Shown here piece by piece: positions 59,782 to 64,000 of a stretch of DNA of 64,000 nt; position 1 is the stretch's first letter, and each line of letters starts with the position of its first letter. This DNA is from an uncultured delta proteobacterium (GTDB lineage Bacteria; Desulfobacterota; Binatia; UBA9968), in NCBI GenBank assembly GCA_963745835.1, contig CAVUZH010000003.1, forward strand, positions 736,001 to 800,000, given 5' to 3'. The notes beneath the pieces are model-generated. The model was given only the letters and a program-made list of their open reading frames with translations. It did not search any database and had not been told where the DNA came from. A program made the position numbers and the translations under genes.

Positions 59782-61455
59782 GTGAGGAGAAACCTAAGGG
59801 CGCTGGGCGCTAAACAGTACGATGTTCTGGTTGTGGGTGGCGGGATCTACGGAATCAGCATTGCCAGAGATGCGGCACTGAGAGGACTGACTGTTGCGCT
59901 TGTAGAAAAGGAGGATTTCGGACACGCGACTTCCAGCAATCATCATAAAATAATCCATGGCGGGTTTCGTTACCTTCAACATTGCGATCTGAGGCGAATG
60001 CGTGAATCGATTCGGGAGAGAAGCGTCCTATTGCGTATAGCTCCTCATTTGGTAAGACCTCTACCCTTTCTTATTCCCACCTCGAGACATCCCTTACAAG
60101 GAAAGCTGCTGATGTCGGCGGCATTCAAGCTCAACGATTTGATTAGCTTCGATCGTAATCGAAATCTAAAAGCCGGGAACAAAATATCGGCCGGGCGCAT
60201 GATATCCAAAGACGAGTGCCTCCGTCTTTGCCCTGTTTTGAATCAAAGAATGATGACCGGAGGCGGGCTATTTTTCGATGCGCAAGTTCAGAACCCGTCT
60301 CGGCTCAACCTCGCGGTTCTTCTCTCCGCGGTTAAGTCGGGAGCTGTGGCGGCGAATTACGTGAGGGTAAACCAGTTTCTGCGGGAAGGAAACAATGTCA
60401 TCGGTGTACGTGCTAGTGACGTCCTTAGTGGACATTCTTTTTCAGTTCGAGCGCGGCTCGTGGTCAACTGTGCGGGCCCTTGGGCCGGTCAAGTCCTTGA
60501 AGACCTCGGCGCCTCAGTAAAGCCACTGCTGACCAGCATGTGCAAGGCGTTCGTACTTGTAACTCGACACCTAGGTAGTGAAGTTGCGGTGGGTGTTCCG
60601 AGCCGTTTCGAATACCGAGACGGTGATGCGGTAATCCAAAAAGGGTATCGCTATTTCTTTATCACACCGTGGCGAAACACTTCTCTGGTAGGCACGTTCC
60701 AAAGCCCCTATCGAGGCTCTCCAGAATCCCTCACGGTCACTGAACCCGAAATCCAGAGTGCAATTGATGAGATAAATGCGGCTCTTCCCGGGGCGGGATT
60801 AACCAGAGCGGACGTGATTTCGACTCTCAAGGGATTAGTGCCGGCCTCTGAGTCAAGCTCCGAGGGGCAAGATGTTCAATTGAAAAAGCAGCACGAAATC
60901 TATGATCACGCCTCCGAAGATGGAATCAATGGTTTGGTGTCGGTTCTAGGTGTGAAGTATACGACTGCCAGGAGCGTCGCCGAAAAGACCGTCAATCTCG
61001 TTTGTAAAAAGCTCGGGAGAGAGACACTGAGATCTGGAACCGCGGAAAAGCCGGTTCATGGTGGAGAGATCGGTTCTTTCGATGAGTTTTTAACCAGTGC
61101 CCTCGACGCCAAACCGGCACATATCGCTGCAGAGACCATGTGCCATTTGGTGCAAACCTACGGCAGTAGTTACGAAGATATCCTTCGCTATTGCGATACT
61201 GACTCGCGCTGGTCTCGAGGAATAACGGCGGAATCGCCCAGTATCACTGCGCAGGTGGTGCACGGAGTCCGCGCCGAGATGGCCCAAAAATTGGCTGACG
61301 TCATTTTCCGCCGCACAGATCTAGGAACCGCCGGCGATCCCGGTCACGAAGCTGTTTCTACCTGCGCCGAAATCATGGCGCCGGAGCTAGGTTGGGACCG
61401 CAAGCGAATCTCTCAGGAATTAAGCGAGGTCGATTCGCAGTTTGGGAGGAACTAA
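59782..61455 (+). CDS. FAD-dependent glycerol-3-phosphate dehydrogenase/oxidase family protein
   Basis: VVGGGIYG, TSSNHHKIIHGGFRYL, APHLV, NCAGPW, GVKYTTAR, DVIFRRT. Confidence 0.88.
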   Translation: MRRNLRALGAKQYDVLVVGGGIYGISIARDAALRGLTVALVEKEDFGHATSSNHHKIIHGGFRYLQHCDLRRMRESIRERSVLLRIAPHLVRPLPFLIPTSRHPLQGKLLMSAAFKLNDLISFDRNRNLKAGNKISAGRMISKDECLRLCPVLNQRMMTGGGLFFDAQVQNPSRLNLAVLLSAVKSGAVAANYVRVNQFLREGNNVIGVRASDVLSGHSFSVRARLVVNCAGPWAGQVLEDLGASVKPLLTSMCKAFVLVTRHLGSEVAVGVPSRFEYRDGDAVIQKGYRYFFITPWRNTSLVGTFQSPYRGSPESLTVTEPEIQSAIDEINAALPGAGLTRADVISTLKGLVPASESSSEGQDVQLKKQHEIYDHASEDGINGLVSVLGVKYTTARSVAEKTVNLVCKKLGRETLRSGTAEKPVHGGEIGSFDEFLTSALDAKPAHIAAETMCHLVQTYGSSYEDILRYCDTDSRWSRGITAESPSITAQVVHGVRAEMAQKLADVIFRRTDLGTAGDPGHEAVSTCAEIMAPELGWDRKRISQELSEVDSQFGRN

Positions 61456-61457
61456 GT

Positions 61458-62796
61458 ATGGGGGAATCGCAGCCGCGCAGCCAACGAATTTTAATGATAG
61501 CTCCAACCCCGTTTTTCGCCGACCGCGGTTGTCACGTTCGTATCCTGGGCGAAGCGAAAGCTCTGATCGCTTTAGGCCACCAAGTCGTGTTGTGCACTTA
61601 TTTTCTGGGTAGGGACGTTGAGGGAATTCCGACGGAACGGACCGTCATGATTCCGTGGTACAACAAGTTGTCCGCCGGTCCGTCATGGCACAAATTCTAC
61701 ATCGACGTCTTATTGTTATCAAAAGTTCTGCGCGCGTGCCGGAACTTCCGCCCCGACATTATTCATGCGCATCTCCACGAAGGGATCTTGATCGGCAAAA
61801 TCGCGAGTTTGATCTTTCGCGTTCCCTTAGTCGCGGATCTTCAGGGTAGTCTCACGGATGAGCTCCTCGCTCACAAGTTCCTACCGAATATCAAGCCGGC
61901 TATAAGATTCGTGAGCTGGATCGAAAGAAAGATCAACCGGATGCCTGCGCATTTGATCGTCAGCTCGACGCATACGGCCCAGGCATGCGTCAACCTATAT
62001 GGGATTGCCGCAGACCGGGTGACCTCAGTGATGGACGGCGTGGATCTTGATATGTACCGGCCGCTCGAGAGGGATATTTCACTGCAGACATCATTGGGAA
62101 TCGTCAGAATGAAAGGTGAAAATGAATAACAAGGTTGTGATCTTCGTCGGAGTGCTGACGGAGTACCAGGGCGTCGATCTCTTGCTCGAGGCAATTCCCC
62201 ACGTTGTGCAAAAAGTTCAGCATGTGAAATTCGTGATCATCGGTTATCCGAACGAGCAACTCTACCGGCAGAAGGCGCGGGAACTGGGCGTTGAACCGTG
62301 GACGCATTTTACCGGAAAAATCTCCTATGAAGAAGTGCCCCGGTACCTCTCTTTAGCCGACGTCGCTGTGTCGCCAAAGATCTCGATGACCGAAGCCAAT
62401 TTGAAGCTCTTTAATTACATGGCAATGGGCCTGCCAACTGTGGTTTTCGATACGCCGGTCAATCGTGAAATTTTAGGGCATGTCGGAGTCTACGCAAAAA
62501 TGGGTGACGTCCTTTCATTGGCCGAAGCGCTGATTGGCGTTCTCCTGAATCAAGAGCGGTCGGCTCAACTCGCTGAGCTTAGCCGGAGAAAGGCGACTGA
62601 TGAGCATTCATGGTCAATAGTCGGCCGCCGTTTGGCTGAGATTTATAACTCCATTCAAAAACAACCCAATGGTTTGGCAAAGGAGCAACAGGATGGAAAA
62701 CGCGAATATCTTGGTGACGGGCGGGGCCGGTTTTATGGGCTCCCATTTGGCAAGTCGGTTACTCGATCGGGGCCACGCCGTCACGGTTCTAGATGA
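61458..62796 (+). CDS. Glycosyltransferase family 4, apparent frameshift near 62110
   Basis: N-half ILMIAPTPFFADRGCHVRI...DIIHAHLHEG (ORF to 62129); C-half VVIFVGVLTEYQGVD...NLKLFNYMAMGLP (62116-62796) in the +1 frame. Confidence 0.8.
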
Positions 62797-63724
62797 CTTG
62801 AGCGGAGGATTCGTAGAGAACGTAGATCCTCGCGCTCGGTTTGTTCGGGGAAGCATCACCGACCACAAACTGGTCGACGCGATATTTTCGGAGTCGGGTA
62901 TTCAGTATGTTTTTCATTTGGCAGCCTATGCTGCCGAAGGACTCAGCCATTTCATAAAAAAATTCAACTACGAAAACAACTTGATCGGCAGCGTCAATCT
63001 GATTAACGCCGCGATTAATCACGGCGTGAAATGTTTTGTGTTCACCTCGTCGATCGCCGTTTATGGCAAAAATCAAGTTCCGATGACTGAGGAAATGGTC
63101 CCTATGCCGGAGGATCCGTACGGCATCGCGAAGCTCGCGGTTGAGCAAGAACTGCGTGTGAGTCAGGAGATGTTCGGGCTCGATTATGTTATTTTTCGCC
63201 CGCACAATGTTTATGGGGAACGGCAGAACATCGGAGACCGTTATCGCAATGTGGTTGGAATTTTTATGAATCAGATCATGCAACGTCGACCGATGACGGT
63301 ATTCGGTGACGGTGAACAGAGCAGAGCGTTCACCTACGTCAGCGACGTCGTTCGCGTCATTGCGGACTCGCCTTTTAATGCCAAAGCCCGAAACCAGATT
63401 TTCAATGTGGGCGCCGATACTCCTTACACGGTAAACGAGTTAGCTGAAAAAGTCGCAACCGCTATGGGAGTACCGGTTAACATCATGTATCTGGATCCCC
63501 GCAGCGAGGTCAAGCATGCTTTTTCGAGCCACGAACGGATGCGCGATGTGTTTGCTTATGCGTCTACGGTGTCCTTGGAGGAAGGCTTGGAAAGGATGGC
63601 TCAGTGGGCCTGGGGCGCGGGCGCCAAGCAAAGCAAGCGGTTCAGTGGAGTGGAGGTTACGAAGAACATGCCAAAAAGCTGGCTGGAAGAGTTTTCGCCT
63701 GAATCTGGAGAGATACGACAATGA
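62693..63724 (+). CDS. NAD-dependent epimerase/dehydratase (UDP-glucose 4-epimerase-like)
   Basis: [35 protein letters not shown]. Confidence 0.92.
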   Translation: MENANILVTGGAGFMGSHLASRLLDRGHAVTVLDDLSGGFVENVDPRARFVRGSITDHKLVDAIFSESGIQYVFHLAAYAAEGLSHFIKKFNYENNLIGSVNLINAAINHGVKCFVFTSSIAVYGKNQVPMTEEMVPMPEDPYGIAKLAVEQELRVSQEMFGLDYVIFRPHNVYGERQNIGDRYRNVVGIFMNQIMQRRPMTVFGDGEQSRAFTYVSDVVRVIADSPFNAKARNQIFNVGADTPYTVNELAEKVATAMGVPVNIMYLDPRSEVKHAFSSHERMRDVFAYASTVSLEEGLERMAQWAWGAGAKQSKRFSGVEVTKNMPKSWLEEFSPESGEIRQ

Positions 63725-64000
63725 AAGTGTTGGTTACAGGCGGAACCGGTTTCACCGGCAGCCATTTGGTGAAGCGCTTGTTGGATAGGGGCCGAAAAGT
63801 TGTGGTTGTCGACAATAAAAAGGGCCTTTTCTATCAAGAGCTCGAAAAACGGGGCGCGAAAATCGAACTGGGCAGTGTCACTGATCGAGTTCTGATGGAA
63901 AATCTGGTACGCGACTGCGAGGTGGTGTATCACATAGCCGCAGCTTTTCGTCAACTGAATGTGCCGAACCAATATTATTGGGACGTCAACGTAGAGGGCA
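63721..64000 (+). CDS. NAD-dependent epimerase/dehydratase, partial (runs off the window)
   Basis: ATG 63721 overlapping the upstream TGA: [21 protein letters not shown]...VYHIAAAFR...VNVEG. Confidence 0.88.
   Translation, partial: MKVLVTGGTGFTGSHLVKRLLDRGRKVVVVDNKKGLFYQELEKRGAKIELGSVTDRVLMENLVRDCEVVYHIAAAFRQLNVPNQYYWDVNVEG

Noticed and set aside
1-64000. CRISPR array, tRNA/rRNA genes, transposases, integrases, prophage or defence genes
   Set aside because: No regularly spaced direct repeats, cloverleaf or rRNA-like sequence, or matching protein motifs were recognised by eye.

Overview
64 kb of bacterial chromosome, mostly accessory metabolism flanked by two polysaccharide loci. The gene mix (several TctC-like and NMT1-like binding proteins, amidohydrolases, Rieske oxygenase, Mo-hydroxylases, MFS) resembles Candidatus Binatia / deltaproteobacteria-like genomes; this is inference only. 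Left: a GH-A TIM-barrel + GT2 fusion gene running off the edge behind a sigma54-type promoter. Middle: ribosome-rescue factor, MFS pair, opgD, FAH hydrolase, Rieske proteins, a coxS-M-L-like Mo-hydroxylase, a tripartite tricarboxylate transporter, an orphan glycine/betaine-reductase component-B pair, amidohydrolases, a lytic transglycosylase and a GT2 / SPL-like radical SAM / murI / secA block. Right: a sigma54 two-component block, an RfaH-like antiterminator and a Wza/Wzc EPS operon. Top observations: (1) the GrdB-like gene has an in-frame UGA followed by a SECIS-like hairpin, but its motif is U-x-x-S-x-x-S rather than U-x-x-C-x-x-C; its GrdE-like partner lacks the pyruvoyl-forming Cys, and grdA/C/D are absent from the window; (2) a ~216-nt rod-like intergenic structure with G-U pairs at 9834-10049; (3) SecA with a ~245-aa extra helical insertion; (4) a PrsR-like regulator with Asp->Glu at the phosphosite and no AAA+ domain; (5) an unannotated 41-aa classical zinc-finger microprotein. 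Four or five genes carry single frameshifts, probably assembly indels. No rRNA, tRNA, CRISPR array, transposase or phage gene was recognised. All family calls are by motif recognition, not database search.
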